Positions 9,708 to 18,927 of a stretch of 30,626 nucleotides of DNA are shown here, in pieces. The notes under the pieces are model-generated. The model saw only the letters and a list, made by a program, of their open reading frames with translations. It was not told where the DNA came from and did no database searches. Positions within the stretch are counted from its first letter, which is position 1, and each line of letters begins with the position of its first letter. The translations under genes were made by a program, and so were the position numbers. This stretch comes from a virus. Lineage: Duplodnaviria > Caudoviricetes. The stretch is from positions 1 to 30,626 of the IMG/VR virus record IMGVR_UViG_3300035182_000825, one strand, 5' to 3'.

Positions 9708-10880
9708 TTAGAGCTCCGCTGAGGCTGTCCACATGGCCGAGAATAGGTGGCCAGTCGTCATCGACCCGGTCAGTCGGTTGAAGTTAACCTGGCTAATATC
9801 CGTAACCGTCATTGGGTACGACGCACCTCCCGTGGCATCCCGAGCATGGCCAGAAAGCCCCGTGGTTGGGTCGTAAATAGTCACAGTCGGAGTCGCCCGC
9901 TTCGTGACGCTGAACTGCGTGTTGCCGATTGCGTTGGAGACGTCTACTGCCAAGAAAGCGCCGCCTTGTGTTAGATAGCTCGTATTTCCAGGGGCATCCG
10001 CTTGGTTGTAGGACTTCTCGAAGTACCTCTGGCACAGCGCAAGCTCGGTTCCAATAGGGCGACGCTCGAATGCGGTAGCAACCGAACCCGGCTCAAGCTG
10101 GATTTCTGTGATATAGAAACTCTCATCTGCTCCGGCAGTGCCGGTGACGGCGAAACTGACCTGCACCATTAACTGCGTGGCACCCACCGGTATTGCGAAG
10201 GTGTACCCTTGTCGCGCGCCGTAGATTGCATTCGCGGTAACGGAGAACAGCTGCACACCGATTGCGGTCCAGGCTCCGCCAACACCCTGATCTGTCAGGC
10301 TGGTCTGGTAATAAATATTAACCGCGTGCCCGTTCAGCGCGCTGATATTCGCGCCAGTCCCAAGAATGAAGGATAGCGTCGCGTTACCGCCTGCCAAGCT
10401 CTGCGAGATTGTCTGCTCAATAGGCTGGTACAGATTGAGCGCGTTTGTTTGCGTATCACCAGCAGTTCGGGAAATTCTCAGCGCAAACTTGTTAGACCCG
10501 AAAGAAATATTATTCACCAGCACGTTCATATGGTTAACGCTGCCGGTTCGGTTTGTGTACCAGCCGTCAACGAAGTATCCATTCACATCACTAGCCGTTG
10601 CACCGCGCTGGAATATCTGCATCCCGCCGTTGCGCAGACGATTCCTGAAGCCCGCTAGCGGCCCGCCATTCAGGCTCGCCAGCGCCGACAGACTGGTAAT
10701 GTCGGCATTAGCCCCGTTCAGGGCAAGAGCCGAGACCGCTTTGCCAGACAGGCTGGTAATGTCAGTGTTGACGCCCGCTGTAGCTTTCAGCGGGAGTGTC
10801 GTGTACACCCCGGCGTTTACGTCGTTTAGCCAACTGGCGACAATCGGAGTTACTTGATCTACAAAAACAGTGCTTGTCAT
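9708..10880 (-). CDS. Tail fibre / receptor-binding protein
   Basis: 390 aa: N-terminal IVASWLNDVN anchor, duplicated G.N.DITSLS motif, FRNRLRNGGMQIFQRG and QLEPGSVATAFERRPIGTELALCQRYFEKS tail-fibre motifs. Confidence 0.8.
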   Translation of the reverse strand: MTSTVFVDQVTPIVASWLNDVNAGVYTTLPLKATAGVNTDITSLSGKAVSALALNGANADITSLSALASLNGGPLAGFRNRLRNGGMQIFQRGATASDVNGYFVDGWYTNRTGSVNHMNVLVNNISFGSNKFALRISRTAGDTQTNALNLYQPIEQTISQSLAGGNATLSFILGTGANISALNGHAVNIYYQTSLTDQGVGGAWTAIGVQLFSVTANAIYGARQGYTFAIPVGATQLMVQVSFAVTGTAGADESFYITEIQLEPGSVATAFERRPIGTELALCQRYFEKSYNQADAPGNTSYLTQGGAFLAVDVSNAIGNTQFSVTKRATPTVTIYDPTTGLSGHARDATGGASYPMTVTDISQVNFNRLTGSMTTGHLFSAMWTASAEL

Positions 10881-10889
10881 ATGGGCCTC

Positions 10890-11189
10890 TTAAAGAACTA
10901 CCCCGGCATGGGCACAGCCCGCCAAGGCATACCCTGCAATACTGATATGAAAGAAACACGCCAGCCCTGGAAGAGGAATTGCAGTCCAGTTTACTGGCTG
11001 ACTCCACGGAACCGTCTGAACGTCTTGTACCCCACGCACAAACTCCTGCGGATGGCGCGGCTCCCAGCAGCTCTCGCAGACGTAGAAACCCTCCCACTCC
11101 CGGCGCAGAGTGGAGGCCTTGGCCTTCTTACCGCAGCGAAAGCATACGGCATTCCAGTCACCGAGGGAGAGGAAGTCAGCGTCACCCAT
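10890..11189 (-). CDS. Conserved Cys-rich (Zn-finger-like) phage protein
   Basis: CFRCG...WEGFYVCESCWEPRHPQ (two CxxC). ATG at 11189 overlaps the TGA of the upstream micro-ORF. Confidence 0.7.
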   Translation of the reverse strand: MGDADFLSLGDWNAVCFRCGKKAKASTLRREWEGFYVCESCWEPRHPQEFVRGVQDVQTVPWSQPVNWTAIPLPGLACFFHISIAGYALAGCAHAGVVL

Positions 11190-11272
11190 CACAAGGAGCG
11201 GGTTAGGATCTGCGGAACTTGCCCCTGCGCCGCTAAAACGCCACTGACACTCGGATTAGTAAAAATACCCAT
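11189..11272 (-). CDS. 27-aa micro-ORF MGIFTNPSVSGVLAAQGQVPQILTRSL
   Basis: AGGAG RBS, ATG 1 nt after the upstream stop, TGATG overlap with the next gene; fills the gap exactly. Confidence 0.5.
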   Translation of the reverse strand: MGIFTNPSVSGVLAAQGQVPQILTRSL

Positions 11273-11273
11273 A

Positions 11274-11921
11274 TCAGACTCCTAGCAGCACTTGAACCGC
11301 CGCTCCGGTGCCAGTCACGTTGCTAACCACTGCTCGAAGGTAACGCCAGGTAGACTGGGTGGTAAAACCATCAGAGAAGGATGGGGTTGCCTGCGCAGTC
11401 GTGCCGGAGAGTGTAATCACACCAAGAGCAGTCGCGCACCAGTTATTGGCAAAAAACACCAGCCCTACGTTAGGAGAGGTTGCTGTGCAGTTCTGGCTCA
11501 GAACAATCGACGTGTTGCTTGTAACAGTCTGGACAGTCGTTCCCGCCGGAACACCAGGACCGCTGACCAGCATCCCGACCACAACCGGGATAGGGGCTAT
11601 CTCTTGGTTCTGCGCCACGCCGCCCCCAAAGTTTCCCGAGGCGCTGGTGATAGTGGCGGAGCCGCTGGAGGTTGCGATCCCCCCGATCTGCATACCAGAG
11701 CCGCTGTAGTAATCGTTTGTTCCCTGAACGGTGACAGTAGCTGTTACCACATTGCCGATAGCGGAGTTCAAGATAGCCTGAATCGTAGCAAACGGGCTAT
11801 CCTTAAACAATGGCTGACTATTACCATTGGCCAGAGTGGTGAGTGCGGGAAGCGTAGGAGTTCCGAAGTTAAAGTACTTCGGAAGTTCCCCGCTGTAAAG
11901 TCGAACAATATTTCCAGCCAT
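11274..11921 (-). CDS. Virion structural protein (beta-rich, Thr/Gly/Ser-rich)
   Basis: 215 aa, AGGAG RBS, VGMLVSGPGVPAGTTV insert and C-terminal WRYLRAVVSNVTGTGA. Confidence 0.6.
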   Translation of the reverse strand: MAGNIVRLYSGELPKYFNFGTPTLPALTTLANGNSQPLFKDSPFATIQAILNSAIGNVVTATVTVQGTNDYYSGSGMQIGGIATSSGSATITSASGNFGGGVAQNQEIAPIPVVVGMLVSGPGVPAGTTVQTVTSNTSIVLSQNCTATSPNVGLVFFANNWCATALGVITLSGTTAQATPSFSDGFTTQSTWRYLRAVVSNVTGTGAAVQVLLGV

Positions 11922-11922
11922 G

Positions 11923-12264
11923 CTATACTCCTAGTTTCGTGAGGTCTAGCGCGAGAAAGACCAAGCCCTTACCCTCAACAATCGCGACAAGGTCTTGGCC
12001 CTCCTCGCCCTTGAGGCCTTCAAATGCTTCAACACTCAACATCCCCCTGCCCTCCAGCGGCATAAGGGGAAAGCCGTTCGCCCACTGCAGGATAACCTTT
12101 GTCCCCGCCTCAACCGAGAAGGTGACGGACTCAAACCGCAGCGCAAGTGGCCTCGGCTCAAGTTTCGCAAGGTCAGTGAGCTGCACTTTGCCCGGACCTC
12201 TTCCAGAGGCCATAGCCACCACATTCTTATGGCCGTCCCGAGTTCCTGCATGGGCGAGTAGCAT
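11923..12264 (-). CDS. Hypothetical virion-associated protein
   Basis: The start is more plausibly the ATG at 12264 (MLLAHAGTRDGHKNVV), right after the upstream stop and with GGAG upstream, than the track start at 12348. Confidence 0.6.
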   Translation of the reverse strand: MLLAHAGTRDGHKNVVAMASGRGPGKVQLTDLAKLEPRPLALRFESVTFSVEAGTKVILQWANGFPLMPLEGRGMLSVEAFEGLKGEEGQDLVAIVEGKGLVFLALDLTKLGV

Positions 12265-12265
12265 G

Positions 12266-13411
12266 TTAGTTGAGCTCCACGCCGACAGAATACTCAGCCA
12301 GGTACAAGGCTCGAGCATTAGCAGTGGTATTGGCAACGCTGATTTCATAGTTCAGCGGAAGCAGGGGAAGTAGGTTAAAGGCACTTCCGATATTCGGCTG
12401 GACTGGGGCCACAGAAGTTGTGAGCTGGGTTGTGGATAGATAGGCGGGGGAGATACCCGTGGCGACGTTGACCGTCGCGCCGGCTGCTACACCAACAACA
12501 CCGCCCGAGCCAATGCTTAGAACCTGCCTGCCATTAACCCCAACGTAGAGCGTGTCTTTACCGTTGTAGTAGAAAGCCAGGTCGATGATGGGCTCAACCT
12601 CTAGGTAGGTAGTAACTGGGCCAGCGTTAGTGTAGCCAGAGCCAGGCACACTGACGAAAGGCGCGTAGAGAGATCCATAGGCGAGTCCCGAAGTAACGAT
12701 TGGAACAGCGGGGTTAGACTGGCTGTTTGCGGTAGAGCCAATACCAACCATGATCGGGACATTGCCAGCACTGCCGGAGGTCGCGGTCGAGAGCACCAGG
12801 GGACTAGACTGATAACCCGCACCCGGAGTGGCAACTGTGACAGCTGTAAAGACGTTACCCGCGACAGTTGCCGAGAGAGTGCCTGCGATACTGTTTGTGT
12901 CTCCGTAGAGACCACTGGGCCGCACTAGATCGGCAATGTTCTGGAAGGTGGTGGTGGTGCCAGCCTTCTTGATAACAAAGTGGACGGCAGTTCCACCGGC
13001 GGGCTTAAGAAAGTAGATACCGTTTGAAGCAGACGAAGGAACGGCGTTATCAAACAAGCCTACGTAGATGTTAGTATCATTAGAGTTACCGACAGAAGCT
13101 GGGTAGGCTAGCTTCGTATTGCACCAGAGTTGATTGAGCGGAAGTGCCTGGAAAGCGGCTCCCAAGCGCTGAAGTATGATCGTATCCGCTGCCGTTGAGC
13201 CGGCTGTAGAAAGCTTGAGCATCCCGCCAGGGAAGCCAAAACTTGCAGCGGTGCCGTTAGTCTGGCTTACGGTATAGTCGCCAGCCCGATAAGGGATGAA
13301 GTCCTCAGTGAGGACAATCTGGGAAGGGGACGTAGCGAGAGGATACGTCGACATGACGGAACGAGGGGGAAAGGTAGTGAGTCCCCGAGGAAAGCGTACT
13401 GCATTAGCCAT
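12266..13411 (-). CDS. Virion structural protein (head-associated / lectin-like beta protein)
   Basis: 381 aa, T/S/G/V-rich, first gene after the capsid; AGGAG RBS. Confidence 0.6.
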   Translation of the reverse strand: MANAVRFPRGLTTFPPRSVMSTYPLATSPSQIVLTEDFIPYRAGDYTVSQTNGTAASFGFPGGMLKLSTAGSTAADTIILQRLGAAFQALPLNQLWCNTKLAYPASVGNSNDTNIYVGLFDNAVPSSASNGIYFLKPAGGTAVHFVIKKAGTTTTFQNIADLVRPSGLYGDTNSIAGTLSATVAGNVFTAVTVATPGAGYQSSPLVLSTATSGSAGNVPIMVGIGSTANSQSNPAVPIVTSGLAYGSLYAPFVSVPGSGYTNAGPVTTYLEVEPIIDLAFYYNGKDTLYVGVNGRQVLSIGSGGVVGVAAGATVNVATGISPAYLSTTQLTTSVAPVQPNIGSAFNLLPLLPLNYEISVANTTANARALYLAEYSVGVELN

Positions 13412-13441
13412 TTGAATCTCCTAGTGGCGTTACACGATGGT

Positions 13442-13506
13442 AACGGGAGGGAAACCTCCCGCCGACCGGAGATGGGTTCACATAACGGGATTGTTACGTG
13501 AACCCA
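13442..13506 (-). terminator. Twin stem-loops downstream of the major capsid gene
   Basis: On the minus strand: TGGGTTCACGTAAC-aatccc-GTTATGTGAACCCA (14 bp) then GGCGGGAGG-tttc-CCTCCCGTT; no strong U tract. Confidence 0.55.
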
Positions 13507-13520
13507 CTATAACCTAACTC

Positions 13521-14441
13521 TTACGGCCCGTTACTTCCGAAGATAGCGCGGGGGTCAGTACAGCCCAGCGAGAAGCGCATATACGTTGCGGCCTTCGCAT
13601 TCTTGGTGTCGAAGTCATTGTCCTGCTCGAACGACGGCTTATCGCGCCAGAAGAACTGCAAACCATTCATCGCATTCGTGCGAACGAACCAGGCGTGCGG
13701 AGCAGTCAGGTAGTGGTTCAGCCTAATGCCTTTCGGGAAAGCATTAGTGGCCTTCAGCGCATTGATCGCATTGTTAGCCGTGTCGTTTTGAAGGACACTC
13801 TTCAGAATACGATTAGCGTTGTACCACTCCTGGCGAGGCACGTGCAAACTCATCGGCATGAAGTTTACCAGCAGTCCCCGATCAGTCGTGATGCCCATAA
13901 TCTGGATGCAAATGTCTTCCAGAGAAGCCTCGCTCAAATCTGCGGCCGGGCTCAGGACGTTGCTGAAAGTGCCACCGACCGTGAACGGATGGGCGCTCGA
14001 AAGCAGGGGCTGCCCGTCTGCAAGCGCGTAGGCAGAGTTGAAGCCGCGATTGTAGAAGGTAGCCGCAATGTTCTCGATTGTCTGCACGATGGAGAAAGCG
14101 TTGGCCTTAGCGCGCCGCATGGAGACTGGCTCGTAAAGATTGTCGCGCAGTTCTTCGTAGGTGCAGATATACCCGAGGGCATACGCCACATGGATATAGC
14201 GAGATACCGGGCCTTGAATCTCAGAGTCATACGCGATAGGTGCGCCCTCGGGCTTGACCGGAGCCAGGCCAAAACCGGTAACCTGCACGTCCTCTTCATA
14301 CGCCATCTCGGACTCTTCAATGTCGAAGAGATCCGGGTACTCGGGGGGATGCTCGTTGAATATCTGGCCCCAGAATGCGTGGACGCCAGGCCATAGTGCC
14401 TTGGGATGTGAGCCCGTGTTGATGATGCCGCCGACTGCCAT
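13521..14441 (-). CDS. Major capsid protein (HK97-fold, Mu gpT-like family)
   Basis: 306 aa with LWPG...EEDVQVTGFGLAPVKPEG, DGQPLLSSAHP, NHYLT...AWF and DFDTKNAK...R.S.G.TDPR motifs; GAGGAG RBS; follows the scaffold genes. Confidence 0.88.
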   Translation of the reverse strand: MAVGGIINTGSHPKALWPGVHAFWGQIFNEHPPEYPDLFDIEESEMAYEEDVQVTGFGLAPVKPEGAPIAYDSEIQGPVSRYIHVAYALGYICTYEELRDNLYEPVSMRRAKANAFSIVQTIENIAATFYNRGFNSAYALADGQPLLSSAHPFTVGGTFSNVLSPAADLSEASLEDICIQIMGITTDRGLLVNFMPMSLHVPRQEWYNANRILKSVLQNDTANNAINALKATNAFPKGIRLNHYLTAPHAWFVRTNAMNGLQFFWRDKPSFEQDNDFDTKNAKAATYMRFSLGCTDPRAIFGSNGP

Positions 14442-14456
14442 GATCTATTCTCCTCG

Positions 14457-15086
14457 TTAAACGCCGGCTACGCCGCCGCTGAACTCATGGTTGTTGATAC
14501 AAACCCAGAGGCGCTGGCCGAGGGTAAAGGGAGTATTGTCTACGCGCTGCGCAGCTCCGAGGATACGGAGATTGAGGGTAGCCGTAGTGGCAATGGTCGT
14601 CTGGTCGAGCAACGTTCCCGAGTAGACGGCACCCGTTGCGGGAGCTGAGTAGATGATGTTGGCGTTCTTGGCCATCTGCGTAGCAGAGACCGCAGAGCCG
14701 GTGTAGCGCTCCTGAATCTCGAAAATCACGTCAGGATCATCAACCACCATCGCAAACCAGTTCGTCGCCTGCGCCGCTGCCGGACGGGAGAGCTGGGTCA
14801 AGTTGGCCGGGTTAATCATCGGGCCACCCTGCAGCATCCCGCCCATCGGAATTGCACTACCGACGGCAACGATAACCCCGCGAGCGGCGGCACCTGCCGA
14901 AGCCAGAGTAACAGCACTCAGGCCATTCGGGTCGCAGCCAGAAGCATCCGACGCCACCAAGTCACCGACCGCAAAAGCGTTAGTGTTAGCTGCAAGGATA
15001 GTATAGAGTCGAGCCTGTCCATTCCAAAAATTGCCGTTCCGGTACATCACAGGCGAAAGGCCGGACGGAGCGTTTAAGTTAGCCAT
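14457..15086 (-). CDS. Capsid decoration / cement-like protein
   Basis: 209 aa, MAN.NAP.GL.P start, VVDDPDVIFEIQ, C-terminal V.INNH; immediately upstream of the capsid gene. Confidence 0.65.
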   Translation of the reverse strand: MANLNAPSGLSPVMYRNGNFWNGQARLYTILAANTNAFAVGDLVASDASGCDPNGLSAVTLASAGAAARGVIVAVGSAIPMGGMLQGGPMINPANLTQLSRPAAAQATNWFAMVVDDPDVIFEIQERYTGSAVSATQMAKNANIIYSAPATGAVYSGTLLDQTTIATTATLNLRILGAAQRVDNTPFTLGQRLWVCINNHEFSGGVAGV

Positions 15087-15586
15087 TAGGTTCTCCTAGA
15101 GTTGGCTGTTATATCTGCGGTACGCACGTAGCGATTAGCCCTGTCAGAAGCGCCATCCTTCTCCGCACCCACCTGCCCACGCCTGATCTGTTGATCAACA
15201 GCGTTAACTCTTTCTTGCCCCACTGCCTGATCTTCCGTAAACCACTCATTCCTGATCTTCATCAGGTAGGCGCGCAGCGGAGAGCCATCGTCATTCTTTC
15301 CGACTACCACGCTTACCCGAGACCCAAGGTCTGTATTGCCCGATAGGTCGCTAGCTGTCCCGAGGGAGAAACTATTGACCATGCCCTCTTCCTCAGTTAC
15401 AAACTCATAACCGCCCTGAACAGCCTGCGCAACACGCCCCGCGTAGTCATTGATCCAGTGAAGATGGTAGCCCTCAATCTCCGGAACCGCCAGCTTGGCT
15501 TTCGGAATGCTCATGGGAATGCGCTTGCGCTCAGCCCGCACAACTTCTGTTTGCTGCGCCTTACTTGCCGCCAGGGTATCAGCCAT
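15086..15586 (-). CDS. Conserved phage head-module protein
   Basis: 166 aa with GYHLHWIND...GGYEFV...AYLMKIRNEWFTED; TAATG coupling on both sides. Confidence 0.7.
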   Translation of the reverse strand: MADTLAASKAQQTEVVRAERKRIPMSIPKAKLAVPEIEGYHLHWINDYAGRVAQAVQGGYEFVTEEEGMVNSFSLGTASDLSGNTDLGSRVSVVVGKNDDGSPLRAYLMKIRNEWFTEDQAVGQERVNAVDQQIRRGQVGAEKDGASDRANRYVRTADITANSRRT

Positions 15587-16401
15587 TACTCATCTCCAAA
15601 ATAATCATTAACGTACTGTTTACGCCAGCTTGCTTGATCCTTATACGCCTTGCCCTCTCCCACCAGCCGCGCCCCGAACTTATCGCAAGAGGCCTTAGCT
15701 TCCGGAGGAAGATCAGCGTAGGAGCGCCCGCCGCGCGAATTAGCTGCTCCACCCCTCGAGCCCTCAACGCGGTCGACTCGAGCCCCAGAGGTTCCGAACT
15801 TCTCTGCCACCTCATCTTTAACCCTATCAAGGAAGCTCCGGCCGATGAGCGCCGGTTCCATTGCCCGCAGGTACTGCGCAACACTATTCGCGTAGGCGGT
15901 CTTGGCCTTATCAGCTCCGTACCAGTCCTGGTTATCTCGCAGCCAGGCTTGAAAATCAGGCGCTTGCGTTGGGTCGGGGCGCTCCATAGCAACTGGCTGC
16001 TTAATCGGCTTGGCAGTTTCCTGCTTGTCCAGCAGGCGAATCGCCTCGTCAATCTCCACAACAGCGTCAACGTCATTTTCCCGCAGCGCTTCCTTCTTGT
16101 CACCCTTCAGCTTTTCGAGAGCCCGCTCATACTGCCGCTTCGAGTCCTCTTTATGGTACTCCTGGAACTCGGTCAGAGAGGCCTGCGCATCCATGAGAAG
16201 TTGCTGAGTCTTTGTCATCTCCGAGCGGAGGACAGAGACCTCTTCGCGCAGCCCCTCGTTGTTCTTCTTCAGAATCGGCATAATGTCATGCCCGCGCTGA
16301 ACGAAGGTCGCTGCGTCAACCCACCGCTCGGGGTCGCCTTTGAACTTCTCCGCAGGCACCCAGCCTAAGCCAGTTGCCTCTCTCTCGACGTCTTCACTCA
16401 T
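15586..16401 (-). CDS. Capsid scaffolding protein
   Basis: 271 aa, charged coiled coil, GWVPAEKFKGDPERWVDA N-terminus, W...N.WY motif; between portal and capsid. Confidence 0.72.
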   Translation of the reverse strand: MSEDVEREATGLGWVPAEKFKGDPERWVDAATFVQRGHDIMPILKKNNEGLREEVSVLRSEMTKTQQLLMDAQASLTEFQEYHKEDSKRQYERALEKLKGDKKEALRENDVDAVVEIDEAIRLLDKQETAKPIKQPVAMERPDPTQAPDFQAWLRDNQDWYGADKAKTAYANSVAQYLRAMEPALIGRSFLDRVKDEVAEKFGTSGARVDRVEGSRGGAANSRGGRSYADLPPEAKASCDKFGARLVGEGKAYKDQASWRKQYVNDYFGDE

Positions 16402-16717
16402 CCTCTTTCTCCTTCACGATGGCCAGGAATATATCCCGATCGTTCACCACTCGGTAGGACTGTCCGTCAGCTGGACCAACTGTGGCGTAGCCAGCGAACT
16501 TCGAGAACATAACCCTATCGCCGGGGGCGCAGCGCGGAGCCCGTTCATCCTCCCAAGCAGCGGCCCCAACCTCAACCACCACCGCACGCTGCTCGGCCAT
16601 CTGATCCCGCTCTCGGATTTGAGACGGCAGAATAAGCCCGCCCTTTGTCATTTCCTCGACGGCGTAGGGCTGCAGCAGCACCGCGCGCCCCAAAGGCTTC
16701 AGTCCGCTCTTATTCAT
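16394..16717 (-). CDS. groES: GroES/Cpn10-like co-chaperonin
   Basis: LKPLGRAVLLQP..VEEMTKGGLILP...AVVVEVG...GDRVMFSKFAG...YRVVNDRDIFLAIV is the GroES signature. The likely start is the ATG at 16717 (MNKSGLKP, 107 aa). Confidence 0.85.
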   Translation of the reverse strand: MNKSGLKPLGRAVLLQPYAVEEMTKGGLILPSQIRERDQMAEQRAVVVEVGAAAWEDERAPRCAPGDRVMFSKFAGYATVGPADGQSYRVVNDRDIFLAIVKEKEDE

Positions 16718-16949
16718 TTGCGGTCTCCGCCAGAAGGGTCTCGTAATCAAACTCCACCAGGCCCTGGAGGGCTTGCATCTTTCCAATAGCCGCAGCATTT
16801 CGCAGAGCTGTGCGCGCAAGGTCATCCCCCATAAAACGCCCCTCCGCCCATTCCGCCTTGCCCTCCTCCATCTTGGCCGTCAGCACCGCCAGCACCGCCT
16901 TGGTGACTCTGTGGGCTTTCCAGTCCAGAAATTCCTCCTGACTTATCAT
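16710..16949 (-). CDS. Hypothetical protein (79 aa) overlapping the portal C-terminus
   Basis: AAGGA RBS; MISQEEFLDWKAHRVTKAV; coupled to the GroES start. Confidence 0.65.
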   Translation of the reverse strand: MISQEEFLDWKAHRVTKAVLAVLTAKMEEGKAEWAEGRFMGDDLARTALRNAAAIGKMQALQGLVEFDYETLLAETANE

Positions 16950-18927
16950 CTTGCATTCCTTTCATTGCTAGCTCTAGATAGCCTTGGAGAGTTTTATGCT
17001 CACTCTCCTTGGCAGCGACCTGCACCTCGAATTCACGAACTCGCTGTGCAGCCTGATTCCCCCCAGCCTCGACCAGCGCTTTGGCGGCCTGGGCTTTGAG
17101 GAGATCAACTTGCGCCTTGACCTTTTCTTGGTCAGACTGAATCTTAAGGGCGACCTCTTGGAGGTGCGCCTTGATTTGCATTTCCTTGACTTTGGCTTTC
17201 GCCTCTTCCAGCATCATCTTCGGATTCGGCAGTGGCGGGACTTTATCGGAACCCTTGAAGAGAGCCTCATACCCATCGACCTTCAGCGAGCGCAGCCACA
17301 TCCGCTCCACCGCATCCCGGTCGTAGCCACCTGTGGTGGCGGCTGCCTGCTTCACGAGAGTCGCCTGCTGGAACCTAATGGTATCGCTGGCGAGATTTGG
17401 GTCAGCCGCCGGAACCACCGCGCGCGTGTCTTGCATGTAGTCAGCCCGCAGCACTATGCTATCCGGACCATCTCCGTAGCGGGACTCCACCGGGAGATAC
17501 CGCGCATTGAGAATAAAGAGTTTCTTGAACTCCTCCTTCATCGAGCGCCAGATGCGCTTGAAGATCGCATTGTAGATTTTCGTGCCCTGCTCGACCATCG
17601 ACCGCTGCGTCTCCGCCGGGGTATTCTGCCCAGGGTTCTCACCAGTCGCAGCATCTGTCGATCCGCTGATCCGGTTTGTGTAGTTGATCAGGAGGGGGAG
17701 AAGCTGGAGCAACACCGCCGAGGGCTCTCGCACAGGCAACGGGACAATACCCTTCTGGAGATCTTCTCCAGTCGAGTCCACGCGCTTCCATTCGAGGGGC
17801 GCAAAGGTATAGCTTCCGCCTCTGATCTTCACTCCGCGCGAGAGAAAGCCTCCCGCTGTGTTCGCCATTGTTCCAGCATCCACCATCTGATTGATAATCG
17901 TATTGACGCTCTCATTCAGGGGTCCGAGCAATATCCCGAAACCAATATCATAGATGCCGCCATCGGGAGCGGGTATGAAGCCGTACTTCGTGAAGTACTC
18001 GATGGAGCGAATCGCAACAATCCGATTCCCAACGCGCTCAATATCAACCGGCTCAAACCGAGTGACAATGCGGAGAACCGTCTCGGTGGTTTCTTCGACT
18101 GTGATGATGTAGGGCTCTGCATAGCCATCGCCGTCCAGGTCGAGGGATACGTGCTGCTCGAGCCCACGGAAGGGCGTGGTGTCATCGGGAGTGGGTTCAC
18201 TCATCCCCCTTCGCAAATCCGACTTCTGCGCCGACACTGGCTGCGGCATCCCCTCCAGCCAGCTCTCTCCCGTCACGTCGCGGAAAACACCCCTGACGGA
18301 CTTCTCGTGAATCTCGTTCCGAGAGAGCGGAATGCGGTGAGTCTTGCGCGCGCAGTCATTAACCGACGTAGCGTAGTAGTCCAGGACGAGGTCCTGCGCC
18401 AGCACCAGCTCCGAGATGTTGCAGCCCTTTCGGCCGGAGTAGTAGGACTTCTTGAAGGCTGTTCCGACGATTGGAACACTAATCAGCATCCGGTCGTGTT
18501 GCTCTTCCCAAGCCTCATCCTCCTCCATGACCTGATAACTCATGTGGGTGGAGATGCGCGAAGCCGCAGCCTGCTTCATCCCGTTTGGGTCGCTGCCCAC
18601 CACGCGGCACTTCACGATCTGGTTTCCCTCAACCAGCGCGGGGTATGCGCGCGCCTGCCATTGGAGGGCCGCAATAGTCACAAGCGGGAAAGCTATGTTA
18701 GAGCAATTCGGCCACGGGAAACTCTTATCCTGCTGAACCTGAAGCGCGAGGTTCATGGCGCTCTGCATCCGCTTCTCCCACTTCGAGCGGGATTGCAGGT
18801 CTCTCTTATACCCGTCAACCACCAAGCGGCCCAAAGCCCCGAGGTCTCTCTCCGAGAAACGATCGCACAGGTTTGGCGAAAGCATCGCACTGTCGTCGAG
18901 GGTCAGGAGAGTCTCAAGCTTAATCAT
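16822..18927 (-). CDS. Portal protein
   Basis: 701 aa: KSFPWPNCSNIAFPL, GTAFKKSY, LDLDGDGYAEPYIITV, C-terminal coiled-coil barrel; downstream of terL. Confidence 0.88.
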   Translation of the reverse strand: MIKLETLLTLDDSAMLSPNLCDRFSERDLGALGRLVVDGYKRDLQSRSKWEKRMQSAMNLALQVQQDKSFPWPNCSNIAFPLVTIAALQWQARAYPALVEGNQIVKCRVVGSDPNGMKQAAASRISTHMSYQVMEEDEAWEEQHDRMLISVPIVGTAFKKSYYSGRKGCNISELVLAQDLVLDYYATSVNDCARKTHRIPLSRNEIHEKSVRGVFRDVTGESWLEGMPQPVSAQKSDLRRGMSEPTPDDTTPFRGLEQHVSLDLDGDGYAEPYIITVEETTETVLRIVTRFEPVDIERVGNRIVAIRSIEYFTKYGFIPAPDGGIYDIGFGILLGPLNESVNTIINQMVDAGTMANTAGGFLSRGVKIRGGSYTFAPLEWKRVDSTGEDLQKGIVPLPVREPSAVLLQLLPLLINYTNRISGSTDAATGENPGQNTPAETQRSMVEQGTKIYNAIFKRIWRSMKEEFKKLFILNARYLPVESRYGDGPDSIVLRADYMQDTRAVVPAADPNLASDTIRFQQATLVKQAAATTGGYDRDAVERMWLRSLKVDGYEALFKGSDKVPPLPNPKMMLEEAKAKVKEMQIKAHLQEVALKIQSDQEKVKAQVDLLKAQAAKALVEAGGNQAAQRVREFEVQVAAKESEHKTLQGYLELAMKGMQDDKSGGISGLESPQSHQGGAGGADGQDGGGQGGMGGGAFYGG

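Noticed and set aside
9708-10880. Tail fibre as a diversity-generating retroelement target
   Set aside because: No reverse transcriptase and no template/variable repeat pair visible in the window.
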